Assembly (NCBI GenBank): GCA_031835245.2
Contig: JAVKOQ020000006.1
Coordinates: forward strand, 434,001-490,324
From: Balamuthia mandrillaris
Taxonomy: Eukaryota
Direction of reading: 5' to 3'
DNA: 56,324 nt
Positions 1 through 10,780 of the stretch are shown in pieces. The translations under genes and the position numbers were made by a program. The number at the start of each line of letters is the position of its first letter. The first letter of the stretch is position 1. The notes under the pieces are model-generated. The model made no database searches. It saw only the letters and a list, made by a program, of their open reading frames with translations, and was not told where the DNA came from.

Positions 1-1310
1 CCATCTCCTCCATCCTCTGCACTTCCATCTCCTCCGTCCTCTTCACCTCCGTCACCATCCTCGTTACTTCCGTCCTCTTCTTTCACAATGACTTGTCCAT
101 CTTCCACATAACAAGGACACCAAACGTCATACTGCAACACTCCTTTCTCTGTTTCTACCTCCACAAACCCTTCTCCGCAGTCCTCATAAAAGTCTTGACA
201 CTGCTCTCTTGTTGCTCCTTCCGCGTTGAAGCAAGCGATGGTATAAGGTTTGCCTCCACTGCCGTCATTCGTGTGGTAATGATACACCGCTTCACTTCCT
301 TCCACTTGGAACAGGTTTCCTTCCGAGTCCACAAAACTGGAAGATGGAACAGGACCTACATGACCGCCACATGCATCCAAATCCGTTGGTGGGTGCTTCT
401 GGCCATCTTCTCCTTCACTTTCCCATATGCCATATATGCCGACTCCATCCAAAGCGATTCCCACCAAAGGAGAATGACCGCTAGCAAAGGAGGAAGCAGA
501 AGAACTGTTGCTATAGTCACAAGCAAGATCCGTGTGATGGTGATAAGGCGTGGCATGCCCTCCACACTCATCCAACATCAACGTGGAGTCAATGGCTTGC
601 TCTCCATCCCCATCACAAGTGAATTCCAACTGTAACCCACAATCCGAAACCGCCATTCCGGCTTCGCAATACCCATCTTCAGAAGAGGAACAAGCAAAGC
701 CAGGCTCAAAGCCAGCCTCCAAACTGCTGTAGATGTTCAGGCCGTGCACGCTCAGGCCGAGCCTGCCCAGCAGTGGAACTTGTTTTTCAACCTCGGAAGG
801 AGAAGAGGAGGAAGCGTCCCAGGTTGGATCGGGAAACTGTTGAGAGATGCACTCGGCATTTGCGCGTTTTGGGGTTGGATACCAAGGGCATAAGTTGGTT
901 ACTAAGGTGCCAGAGAAGCGGCCGCTCTCGGGGTCGTAGGTCATCCCGTCCAGCAAAAAGTAGTTGGACGTGCCGTCTTGCGCACAAGTTTTAAGGGAAG
1001 AGGGTTTGCATTGGTCGGAAGAGGATTCGCCGGTGGCCATTACTATAGAACCTATAAGCCCTTCAGGGCCTCCTCCTCCTCCATCGACCGGGGGTGGCGG
1101 GGGTGGCTGGCGGCGAAGATGAGCGGACTGAGAGTCGACGCGTATGGCTTTGGCTAAGATGTCGGCAGGGGTCTGCGACACTTTCTGGTGGAAGAGATTG
1201 GGGCCAACAACGCGGTCGCCTATGATGTAGTAGTTGAACTGTGATTTGGCCAAGGTGCCGATTGCCAGGAGGCCAAAGAGCGCCAAGCAGGCGAACAGAG
1301 CGTGGTTCAT
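1..1310 (-). CDS. Secreted YHYH-domain protein (3' end beyond window start; no intron in the visible part)
   Basis: Hand translation from ATG at 1310 stays open to base 1, so the ORF track lacks it. Signal peptide MNHALFACLALFGLLAIG. Motifs LDECGGHATPYHHH, HSPLVGIALDGVGIYG, DLDACGGH and VYHYH are typical of the YHYH family. Acidic Gly-rich tail. Confidence 0.85.
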   Translation of the reverse strand, partial: MNHALFACLALFGLLAIGTLAKSQFNYYIIGDRVVGPNLFHQKVSQTPADILAKAIRVDSQSAHLRRQPPPPPPVDGGGGGPEGLIGSIVMATGESSSDQCKPSSLKTCAQDGTSNYFLLDGMTYDPESGRFSGTLVTNLCPWYPTPKRANAECISQQFPDPTWDASSSSPSEVEKQVPLLGRLGLSVHGLNIYSSLEAGFEPGFACSSSEDGYCEAGMAVSDCGLQLEFTCDGDGEQAIDSTLMLDECGGHATPYHHHTDLACDYSNSSSASSFASGHSPLVGIALDGVGIYGIWESEGEDGQKHPPTDLDACGGHVGPVPSSSFVDSEGNLFQVEGSEAVYHYHTNDGSGGKPYTIACFNAEGATREQCQDFYEDCGEGFVEVETEKGVLQYDVWCPCYVEDGQVIVKEEDGSNEDGDGGEEDGGDGSAEDGGD

Positions 1311-1542
1311 GTTTTGTTGTTTGTTTTCTGCCAAACGAAAGATAAGATACACAAAGAGTTCAAATATACGAAATGCAACCGCGTTGCGCGGTTTTGGCCT
1401 AAATTTGGGGCGTAACGCCGTTTCATTTTAGCCTAAATATTTAATTAAATGGTCCAATCGAAAAGCGACACGTAAGTTAATTAATTAATTTTCAAAAAAT
1501 GTTGGTGTAACCATAAGTTTGATTTTTTAAAAGGGAGTTGTT

Positions 1543-3099
1543 TTATGCTCTGTGGCTTTCGAAAATACCGCTTCCAGAAGGAGAAGAGGAGGTGTAGGAA
1601 GAAAGAATGCCGCTGCCCGTCTTACAGGTCAGCTTCACCACCGCATGAAGCAACTCCGTCAACGTCTGTTCTTGCAACACGGAGCATTCCACCAGAGCGG
1701 ATGCCCTTATGGCCTTGGCACACTTTTCTGCTTGCGGCGAGAGCACCAAGGGAGACGAAGCGTTTCCTCCGGACTTCTTCTTGGAAGAATGTTTCTTACG
1801 AAGGTCGATCTTTGTGGAAACCAGAATGATGGGCAAGTTGGGCTTACAGTTGCGTAGCTCAGCGATCCAATTGACCTGCACGCTTCGCATGCTGCTTGGG
1901 TCGTTGCATGCAAAACATAAAATACAAACATCTGCCATCTATACTTGTATTTGTTTTGGTCAAAAGAGAGAAAAAAAAAAGAGAGAGAAAACGAAGAAGA
2001 ACGCAAAAAAAGAAGAAGGATACTACAAGAAGCAACAAGAACGTACCGCATAAGCATGCATTCGCATTCTGGCAGCTTCGCTGATACTCAACGAGTCCTG
2101 AAAGAGAATCACTCGCTCTCTTCCTTTATAGCTATACTTGACCGTATGTCTCATTCCTTCGTTTCCATCTCTCGCTGTCATCAACGCTGATCCATGTTCT
2201 TTCTCCTTTCCTCCTGTCGCACTTGTTGATGTAGTCATCGTTGTAGTCGATGCTCCTCTTCGTAATGTTCCAACCGTTGACAACAGACTTTTCTTTCTCT
2301 TTGTAGATGTCGTCGGTATAGGAGGAACATATTTGGTGATCTGTCCTCCTCCAAAACAGCAATTGCCTATAAGACATAACGCTTTTATGAGAGTCGTTTT
2401 GCCGGTGTTGTTGTCGCCTATAACAACGCACGTGATGCGATCGTCACGCGGAACAAGCGAGCGTCGGCTCAACTTTCTTTCCAACATACTTTGTTTTGGA
2501 AAGTGATATTCTTCTTTCTCTTCCTCTGTGTCTTCTTTGTTGTCAGTTGGTTGCTGTTGACGTGAAGAAGGCACAGGAGAAGCTGAAGACTTCCTTGTTT
2601 TGGTTTCGGAGCTGGCAGATAATAAACGAAAAGAAGAAGAACGTTCGGAACGACCTGGTGAAAGTAAACTTTGAAGTGTTGATGATGACGATGAAACTGA
2701 TCCTTTTCTCCAGTGTCTTTCTGGTGTCGTCTCTTCTGTCTCACTTTCTTTGCCTTTTTCTTTCCGCTTGTTCTCTTTCTTTTTGTGTTTCTCTTTCTTC
2801 TTTTGTTTCCCTCTGCTTTCTTTTCTTTTCGCTTTGGAGGAAACCGGAGAAAGTTTGTTGTTCAGCTGCGGAGGAGAAGCTGTTATGGTGTCTTGCCGAG
2901 GAGTGAAAATTAAGAGAGGCCCGACAGAGTTTCTTCTTCGCTCCAGGCGCGAAGTATAATAGTCGAGTATCATTTTGTTTTGGAAGGAATCGACGTTTTG
3001 TTGAACCGCTGAATATTTGCTCAGAAATGCCATTTTGAATTGTTCCATTTGTTGTTCTGTTTTCGTTTGAGCATGCTTGAACGTTAAGAAGAGCGAAAA

Positions 3100-3146
<47 letters not shown>

Positions 3147-3821
3147 CGAGAGAGAAGAGAGAAGAGAGAAGAGAACGACGAAGAGAAGAGAACGATGAAG
3201 AGTAGAGAACGACGAAGAGAGAGAGAGAAGAGAAGAGAGAGATTTCCAAAGGAAAGAGAGCAGGGAGGAGAGGAGGAAGAAACCTCTTTCAAAGTCTTGA
3301 GGCGATTTAGACAACGGAGAGGCCTCCTCTTCCTCCTCATCATATGCCACCCTTTTGCTGCTTGAAGGGATAATCAGTCCCCCTCCGCCTGTGCCGCCGC
3401 GAGGAGAGTTGATAGGAGTGGAGGCGGCGCTCTGTCGCCTCAGCCGCAGAACTTCTTCCCGGAGGCGTCGAATCTCTTCCTCTTGTTGTTGCAATAATTC
3501 ACTTTTCTTGTCTTCGTCTATTGCCTCTTCCTCTTTGTTGCCCTTCAACTCGTTCCACGTTTGATGGCCTCCGCGAGAAGAAGGAGCGGAAGAAAGAGAT
3601 AGCATGGAAGAAGAGGAAGCCTCAGAGTCATTGGCATCTTCCGGGTATAAAGGTTTGAACTCGTAACAAAATTCAAAGTCCTCTTCTTCCTCTTCCTCTT
3701 CCTCTTCTTCTTCATCGTCATCTTCGTCTTGGTAGTCAGCTTCTTCTTCACCACCCTCTTCTGGTACGCTGGAGTCATCGTCTTGGCGTTCTTGTTGCGA
3801 GTCACTGTCGTCGCTCTCCAT
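1543..3821 (-). CDS. Atypical Rho/Rac-like GTPase with long acidic/basic low-complexity N-terminus; exons 3821-3284, 3056-2047, 1938-1543
   Basis: P-loop CVVIGDNNTGKTT. Rho-like ADVCILCF...WIAELRNCKPNLPIILVSTKIDLR and ECS motifs. The GT-AG junctions join in frame. Confidence 0.8.
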
Positions 3822-4136
3822 TTGTGTTTGCTCCTTTTTTTTTCTTCTCTCTTTAAATTTTAAAGCATTACAGCAAACAAAAAAAAATGAATTAGGTATG
3901 TCGACAGAAAATATTTCCTAGACACTCGTTTTGGGTCGTTGGACCGCTTTTTGTCCCTCTCCATGGTACAGGAGTAAACTAGATTTGGTGCGATCCGGCT
4001 GGAGAAGAGGGCTCCTTGTGTTACGGTTGGAGGCTCTGTTGCGGTAGTTGTTGCAGGAGGAAGCGCCAGAGTAGGCCAGAAGGAGCTCGCTCAGGCGAGA
4101 GAGAGAGAGAGAGAGAGGACAAAACAGGCCTTTGTT

Positions 4137-5087
4137 TTACCCGCTTTGGGAGGCTTGCGCAACACACTGACGGCATCGGCAGGAAAAGTGGAATTGAGTT
4201 TGCCGCAGCTCCTCAGGGTACTGCAGCAGGATATCCTCCTCCATCGGTACGTCGTTGCCTGCTGCGCCCATACTGTCCTCCTCTTCCTCCTCCGCTTCCA
4301 TGACTTCCTCCATGACTTCCTCTTCCATCTCTTCCTCCGTCTCTCCTTCGTTCTCATTCTCTTCCTCCTCCTCCTCTGTCTCATATTCCTCCTCCGTCTG
4401 TCCCTCCTCCTTCTCGTCCTCTGTTTCTCCCTCCTCCTTCTCGTCCTCCGTTTCACCCTCCTCCTTCTCGTCCTCTGTCTCTCCTTCCCTCTCCGAACGA
4501 ACGCGTTCAACGTACAGACACCACCTTGCAAAAAAGACCTTTTGTTGCTCCGTGCTTGCTCTGACGGGGTTGCCAAAAGTCAGCGGCGCATCGCAAGCGT
4601 GGTTGACCAGACTCAGCGCCCCGCACAACACAAACGTCCTGTGCTGCATGTGGTACAGTGAGAGAGAGTGTTGCCCCGCCAGCCGTTCCGCCGCGGGCAC
4701 CTGGGTGATCTCGAACAACACGCCGCACAGAAGCCTCCTCTTCTCCTCCTCCGAGTGGTGCCTCTCCCACTGCCTCCTATCCCGCAAGAACAAGCCCAAC
4801 CCGCGCCCATCCGCGGTAGGCTGGACGCACAACGGCCCTTTGGGGTGCATCAAGGCCTTGTAGTAGGCGTACATGGCGTTCAAGGTGCGTTGGATGTTGT
4901 TTCTCTGGACTCGTCGGTTGCGGTTGCCTCGGCGGCACGAACGGCAAAAGTTGGGTCCGTAGGTGTCCAGCCGAAAGTGCCCCTCCACGAAGGCCTTGAA
5001 CTGCTGTGCCGTCATCAGCTCCTCTCTCTGGTAGAGCTGTTGGCGAACCTCCTCCTGGTCAGCAGTTTGGCCCTGAAGAAGCATCAA
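4137..5087 (-). CDS. SET-domain protein, divergent Suv4-20/Set9-like; true start uncertain
   Basis: GRGLGLF, LCGALSLVNHACDAP (NHxC motif), EEDILLQY and post-SET CRCRQC. Confidence 0.75.
   Translation of the reverse strand: MMLLQGQTADQEEVRQQLYQREELMTAQQFKAFVEGHFRLDTYGPNFCRSCRRGNRNRRVQRNNIQRTLNAMYAYYKALMHPKGPLCVQPTADGRGLGLFLRDRRQWERHHSEEEKRRLLCGVLFEITQVPAAERLAGQHSLSLYHMQHRTFVLCGALSLVNHACDAPLTFGNPVRASTEQQKVFFARWCLYVERVRSEREGETEDEKEEGETEDEKEEGETEDEKEEGQTEEEYETEEEEEENENEGETEEEMEEEVMEEVMEAEEEEEDSMGAAGNDVPMEEDILLQYPEELRQTQFHFSCRCRQCVAQASQSG
4395..4495 (-). repeat. 27-bp coding tandem repeat, 3-4 copies (EGETEDEKE)
   Basis: Repeated ctcctccttctcgtcctc(t/c)gt unit inside the SET ORF. Confidence 0.85.
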
Positions 5088-6109
5088 TGGTATATACCAT
5101 GCGGGACCTGGTACTTGCCTTGACTAACTCGGTGCAACGCTCCACCATACTCCATCCTTTGGCAGACAGTTTATTTCTTCTGGACCCGCTTTCTTCTCTC
5201 TGCTACGCTTTTTTTTTTCAACCAAAAAAAAAATTGCGCTCAATACCGACCGGCTACGCCCACCCTGTTAGGAGTGAGCAAGCAGCAGCAGAGAGCCACC
5301 TGCCACGATTGTTGTCTGCTCCCAAATGCGCCATATATTCACGCCGGCGGCTCCATGATTTTGGAATTATGGGAAACGTTCGAAATCTCGCGTCGGAGTT
5401 TCGGAATTCCCCGTCTTAATTAAAGCGGAGCAATGAATTTTTGTCGACGTGAAAGATCTCTGCTAGAGATGAGACAAAGAAAAAGACAACAGAAATGGCC
5501 TTTTTATGGTAAGATAAAGCCTCTGTTTTGATTTTTGATTGGTGGTTTGAAACTTTCAGTAACTGATCAAAGCATTGAGCCGCTTTAGTCTTAATTGCTT
5601 TTTTTGTAAAGGATTTCTTGGTCGTCATTTCCCTTTTTAGTGCAACATTGTTCATTTTTGCAAGTTCTATTTTATATAACCAACGCGCAATGGTTTGGTT
5701 TGGCGGTGGTCCTTGACGACACTAATTTTCCCCGCTAAAAGTAGCAGGGAAGCACAGGGACTTTTTTGCTGCCCTTTTTTCCCTTGCCATTTCTTTTCAG
5801 TCATATATATATAATTTAATGAGAACAACAAAGAACAAAAAAAAAAAATAATAAAATATATATAACCTTTGGAAAAGGGAACTTGCGGAAGGAACGTGGT
5901 GGTGGTTGTGCTGAGCGAGAAGCTAAGGCCTTCGCATTCCCTTTCCCTTTCTCTTTTTCGGTCTCTTGCTGGTTTTTTTTTTGGGGTGAGAAAAGGAAGA
6001 AAGAAGAAAGCAAAAAAGACCTCCTTACGAAAATCTTTCACAAAAAAAAAATTAGCAAGGGTAGAGACACACCGCCACCCAAACGAAAAACGAGAAACCA
6101 GAAAGTCGA

Positions 6110-9100
6110 ATGGCGACCACTCCGACACACTCCCAACAACAACAACAACCACAAACTCGAACCCCTAATCAAAATCTTAACGCTCTGATTGCTCCCTCTT
6201 CTTCTCCGCCTTCCTCTTCCTCTTCCACCTCCGGCGCCCATGTGGAGGCCTTCTTGTCCTCCTCTTCTCCCATTGTCACTTCGCCCAGAAAAAAGCCCAG
6301 CCAGCAAAAACAGGAATGGGGCAAACAGCGGATCCGGCGTAACTCTCCGCCCTCTCACACCCCCGTTTTGCCCTCCTCCGTAGACCACATTTTTGCCTCC
6401 TCCTCTCCTTCTGCCTCTTCTTCTCCTTCTCCTTCCCCTTCTGCTTTTATTGGCGTATCGAGAACCTCCTTTTCTTCTTCTTCCACTGCTTCTCCTTCTG
6501 CTTCCTCAGCAAGCAACAGCAACAAAGATGAGGAGGAAGAGGAGAGACAACGACAGAATTATATTCGACAGAGACCGCTACGACGGTCCAGCTCGACGAG
6601 TGCACTCATCGTCAACAACGCGCACTTGAGCACAGCGAAAGCGAAAACCAAAGCGAAAACGATCGAAGAAGAAGAAGACGGAAGAGAAGGGCCGAAAAGC
6701 AAAGAGAAAGGTAAAGGAAAGGCAACACAAAGAGCAGAACGAAATAAATTGAAAGAAAAGCGCAGAATACGAAGGAGAAGCGGAAGTCCTTTCAAACGAA
6801 GAGCAGCGGAAGAAACGGCAGAAGGTGAAGCCACAACCACGACAACTGCAACTTCAAGACAGCATCGTTCTTCCAGTGAAACTCAGCAGCAGCAGCAACA
6901 ACAAAGCAAACATACAAAAGGAGCGAGAGAAATGCTGTCCTCCTCGCTGAGCGACGTTCGCATCTCCAAGTCCGCGGTTTCTACACCTCAAGCAAGTCGC
7001 TTCTTTGCTCTATCGACGAAACGCAAAGAAGAAAGAAAAGAAAAGCAACGGCAAGCGAAAGAAGAGCCGACGCCCACAGCGAGACAGCTCGGCAGAAGAA
7101 GGAGCAGTCTAGGTGTAGAGTCGTTGTCAACGACGTCTCCTTCTTCCTCGCCGTCAAAGAAAGGAAGGGGAGGAATCAGTTCTTCTGCTTCTTCCTCTAA
7201 TTTGCTTTCTCCCCTACTCTCGCCTCGCGCTTATTTTTCAACATCATCACCTTCTTCTTCCTCTTCTTCGGCTTCTGTTTCTCCCTCCAGCCCTTCTCCT
7301 GCGTCACAAAAATCGAACAGACGAAAAAAGTTGCTCAAGTCCAGTAAGACGGCTCTTGATCTTCGTTCGTTGCGTCGGAGTGAAGACAACGAAACACAAA
7401 AGCAACTAAGACAAAAAGGATCAAAACTAAAAGGAAAAGACAGCCGGGAAGGAATAACGGCACCAGTTGTTACCATCATGAAACCTACAGAAGATAGTAC
7501 CGAAAGGCGAAAAGCAGACAAAGAAGAAAAAGGAGACGACGCAGCGAAAGGAAACCAGAAGGCGTTATTGAGTAGTTCGATGAACGCGAGTCAAGGCGGA
7601 GCAAGCCACAACACCGGCAGTACTTTCAAACGAGGACATCGTCGGGCGATCTCTGACTCGTATCAAGTTGCAAAGATGGCCAGCGATGCGTTGATAAAAG
7701 CAGCCGAAGAAAACCTTGCGAACCCGGAATGGATCACTTCCACCACGACGAGCAATAGCTTTGAGGAGGACGACAAGCAAGAGAAGAAACCAGGAAGGAG
7801 ACAACGGTTCATCGAACGGCGAAGAGAGAAGAAACAGAAAAAGAGAGTGAAAAAGGAGGAAAAAAGACAGCAAAAGAGAGAGCAGAGGTCGCTCTCCCAC
7901 AACCTGAAGCACCGTTCTTCCTCCTCCTCTTCCTCTGCTTCTTCGTTGTCGTCATCCAACAAATCAACATCAACAAAGACATCCAACAGTGAAGATGTAG
8001 ATCAGCATTTTCCAGTTCGGTTCCTCACCGAAGAAGAAGCTGACGAGGATGAGGCGCTCAAAGCGGAAATGTTGCGAGAGTTATTATCTAATGGCTTCAT
8101 CGACTACGAGGGAAGGAGTAGAAAGCTGACAGTACACTCAGACGGAGCATCTTCTGCTTATTCTTCTTCATCATCTTCTATTTCCACTGCAACAACCACT
8201 TCCAGCGAAGTCAGTGATGATGACTACAACGACGAAGAAGAGGATGAGGATGATGAAGATCGTGTGAATGACGACCACTCCCCTGCGTCATCAATTTCAA
8301 TACCCGAAACCAATCCTTCCTCTCTGGATACAAAGACGAAAAGCCCAAACGAAGAGAAGGAAGATTGGAGCAAGAGAGAAGAGGAGGTGTTGGAACAAAA
8401 CTCTTCTTTGCGTTTTCCTCCTCGTCGTCTTTTTGGCTCGTTTTCTGCTGGCACTCCTCTTAATGTTGTTCTTTCTTCTTCCTCCACGTCAATCTCGCCT
8501 CGAGCTCCTCTACCCAAAGACTGGAGTCCCCCTCTTCCAACGCCACGAACACAACCAAGCCAACTAGAACTACAACATCATCAACAAGAGCAAGAGACGT
8601 CAAAGAAACTGGAGTTGAAAGATGTTGCTTTCTATAACTTTCGGTGTTTGTCGGAGGCACCTTCTGCCCGTTCCAAGCATCTGTTGAAACGTGGCAAGAT
8701 ACATCGAAGCGCTTGCTTCAGTAGAGGCGATGTGGACTTGGATGGACTTTATAAAGTCATCAGCTTTGTTAAGGATACGGTACGTTGCTGCGGTCTGTTT
8801 TTCTTCTCTTATCTTTTCATTCTTTCTTTCTTTTAGTCGTTCTCTCCCCCATTTCTGTTTGTTCTTTCCTTACTTTCTGTGCAAAACCAAATATCAGGTT
8901 GGAATACGTACCATCATTGATTTGAGAAACGCAGATGAACGGGAGCAAGATCCATTTGATGAGATAGTTGCACAATTCTATCCAACAGTACAATACAATC
9001 GTAACGCCAGCGAGATTAACCTCACCGATTCACAGCCCTGTAAACGTTATAGAATACCTCTCATGAACAAGAAGCTGAAAATTCAAGGTCTCTTTTGGCA

Positions 9101-10283
9101 TGGTTGTAATAGGCGAACCAAAATGTAAGTCATTATTCTGTTCTATTTTGTTTGTTCTTTGTTCAAATTTTCAGTTCTCTTCGCTCTGCACCCCATTCTT
9201 CTCTTTGTTCTCTCCTTTTCGCTTTTCTCGTTCTCTGTTCTTGTTTTCTATTGTGGCGATTTCTTTATAACTAAATCGTTCATTACTATGATGTGAATAG
9301 GAATATGCTCAAGTCTGCGTTTAGCTCTGATAAGACCGTAACGCAGTGCTTTGCGCAGGAAGCAATGAACCCAATGGGACTGTTAGGTCTCAATAAGTTG
9401 ATGTTGATTCATGCTGGCGAGGAGATTGCAAACATACTTCGCATATGCGCTAACAAAGACAACTATCCCATTCTTTTCCATTGCTCCTCTGGTAAGTTGC
9501 AAAAGCAGCAAGAAGAAAGCACAATCCTTCAACTTTACTCACCTCTATTTTCTTCTCCTTTGCTTGCAACAAACCCTTTTTATTTGATAAACAGGGAAAG
9601 ATCGAACTGGACTTATCACAATGCTTATTCTCGCTTGTTGTGAAGTGCATGAGACAGACATTGTGGACAACTATCACCTCTCCGAAGCGCTTTTGAAGCC
9701 TGTTGTGGACCGTATCATCGCTGTATGTTCCTTCTTCGTTCTTCCTTCTTCCTTCTGCTTAACTCTTTCTTTTTTACTTTATAAACAGGAAAACAGAGCA
9801 AAAGCACTGGGCGACCACTTTGACGGGACGCCGCGTCACGTGATGGAGGACACCATCTCCTTCATCAACAACAAATGGGGCTCCTTCGACAAATATTTGG
9901 ACACCATCGGCTTTGGCGCGTGGGAGCGAGCCAAACTGGTCTCCTCCCTGCTGGAGAATCCGAGAACGGCCAAATACATTCGCATCCATCACGAACATCC
10001 TTTAACGTCCTCTTCGATGTGTAGAAGCGGAGAGCTGTTGGCGAGTTCGACGAGTGCAACAAGCCCAGGCCCTTCTTTGTTGCAAGTTCCATCTTCGTCT
10101 TCATCTGCTGCTTCCACTCAACACCATATCTTTCATCCACACCTCCGCCCGTTCAAACAACAAAGCGCGGCGGCTCATCTTGTACATCGCCAGCAACACG
10201 TGCATCATAAAGCGGATGTGAAGGAGGAGAAGGAAGGAGAGGAGGAAGAAGATAAGTTCAAGGGCTTTCTCCATACCTTTTAG
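6110..10283 (+). CDS. Tyrosine/serine phosphatase (Y_phosphatase3/IphP-like) with ~830-aa low-complexity N-terminus; spliced
   Basis: NFR...IHRSA, IRTIIDLR, catalytic HCSSG|KDRTG (split by the intron starting ~9492), DIVDNYHLS and WGSFDKYLDTIG. Confidence 0.85.
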
Positions 10284-10780
10284 ATGGAGAGCCTTGAGAA
10301 GAGGTTCCAAAGGTTTTTTTTTTGTAGTGTATGCTGAATTAAGTTTTAAGCGATCCTCTTCTCCCTCCTTGTTCTACTTGTTGTTGTTGTTGTCTTATGT
10401 TGTTGTTGTTGTTCTTCTTCTTCTTCTTCTTGTTCTTCTTCTTCTTCTTGTTCTTCTTCTTCTTCTTGTTCTTCTTCTTCTTCTTGTTCTTGTTCTTCTT
10501 CTTCTCCTCTGTTTTATGTCGACATTTCTCTATCCTCTCTCTTGTCCTGTAAGTAATCTCCTGTCCCTGCTCCTATCCTCTCTGTTATCCTCTCTCCTGT
10601 CCGTAAATGACGTCAGCGATGAAACAAAAAATTCTTTTCAAAGAAAGAAAAGAAAATGGAAGATGAAGCGAACGTCTGCTTGAAGGACAGCTTCTTTCAA
10701 GCCAAACAATGGCTGTCGTCAGGTTTGTTGTTCAACAAAAAAAAAAAGTTTGGCCACCAGTATTCTAATCTTTATGTTCT

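Noticed and set aside
93..994. Plus-strand ORFs 93-635, 550-732 and 773-994
   Set aside because: Antisense shadows of the YHYH gene.
3899..5449. GTCGACA-AAAAT inverted pair as TIRs around the SET gene
   Set aside because: The same motif occurs at many other promoters and no TSD is visible.
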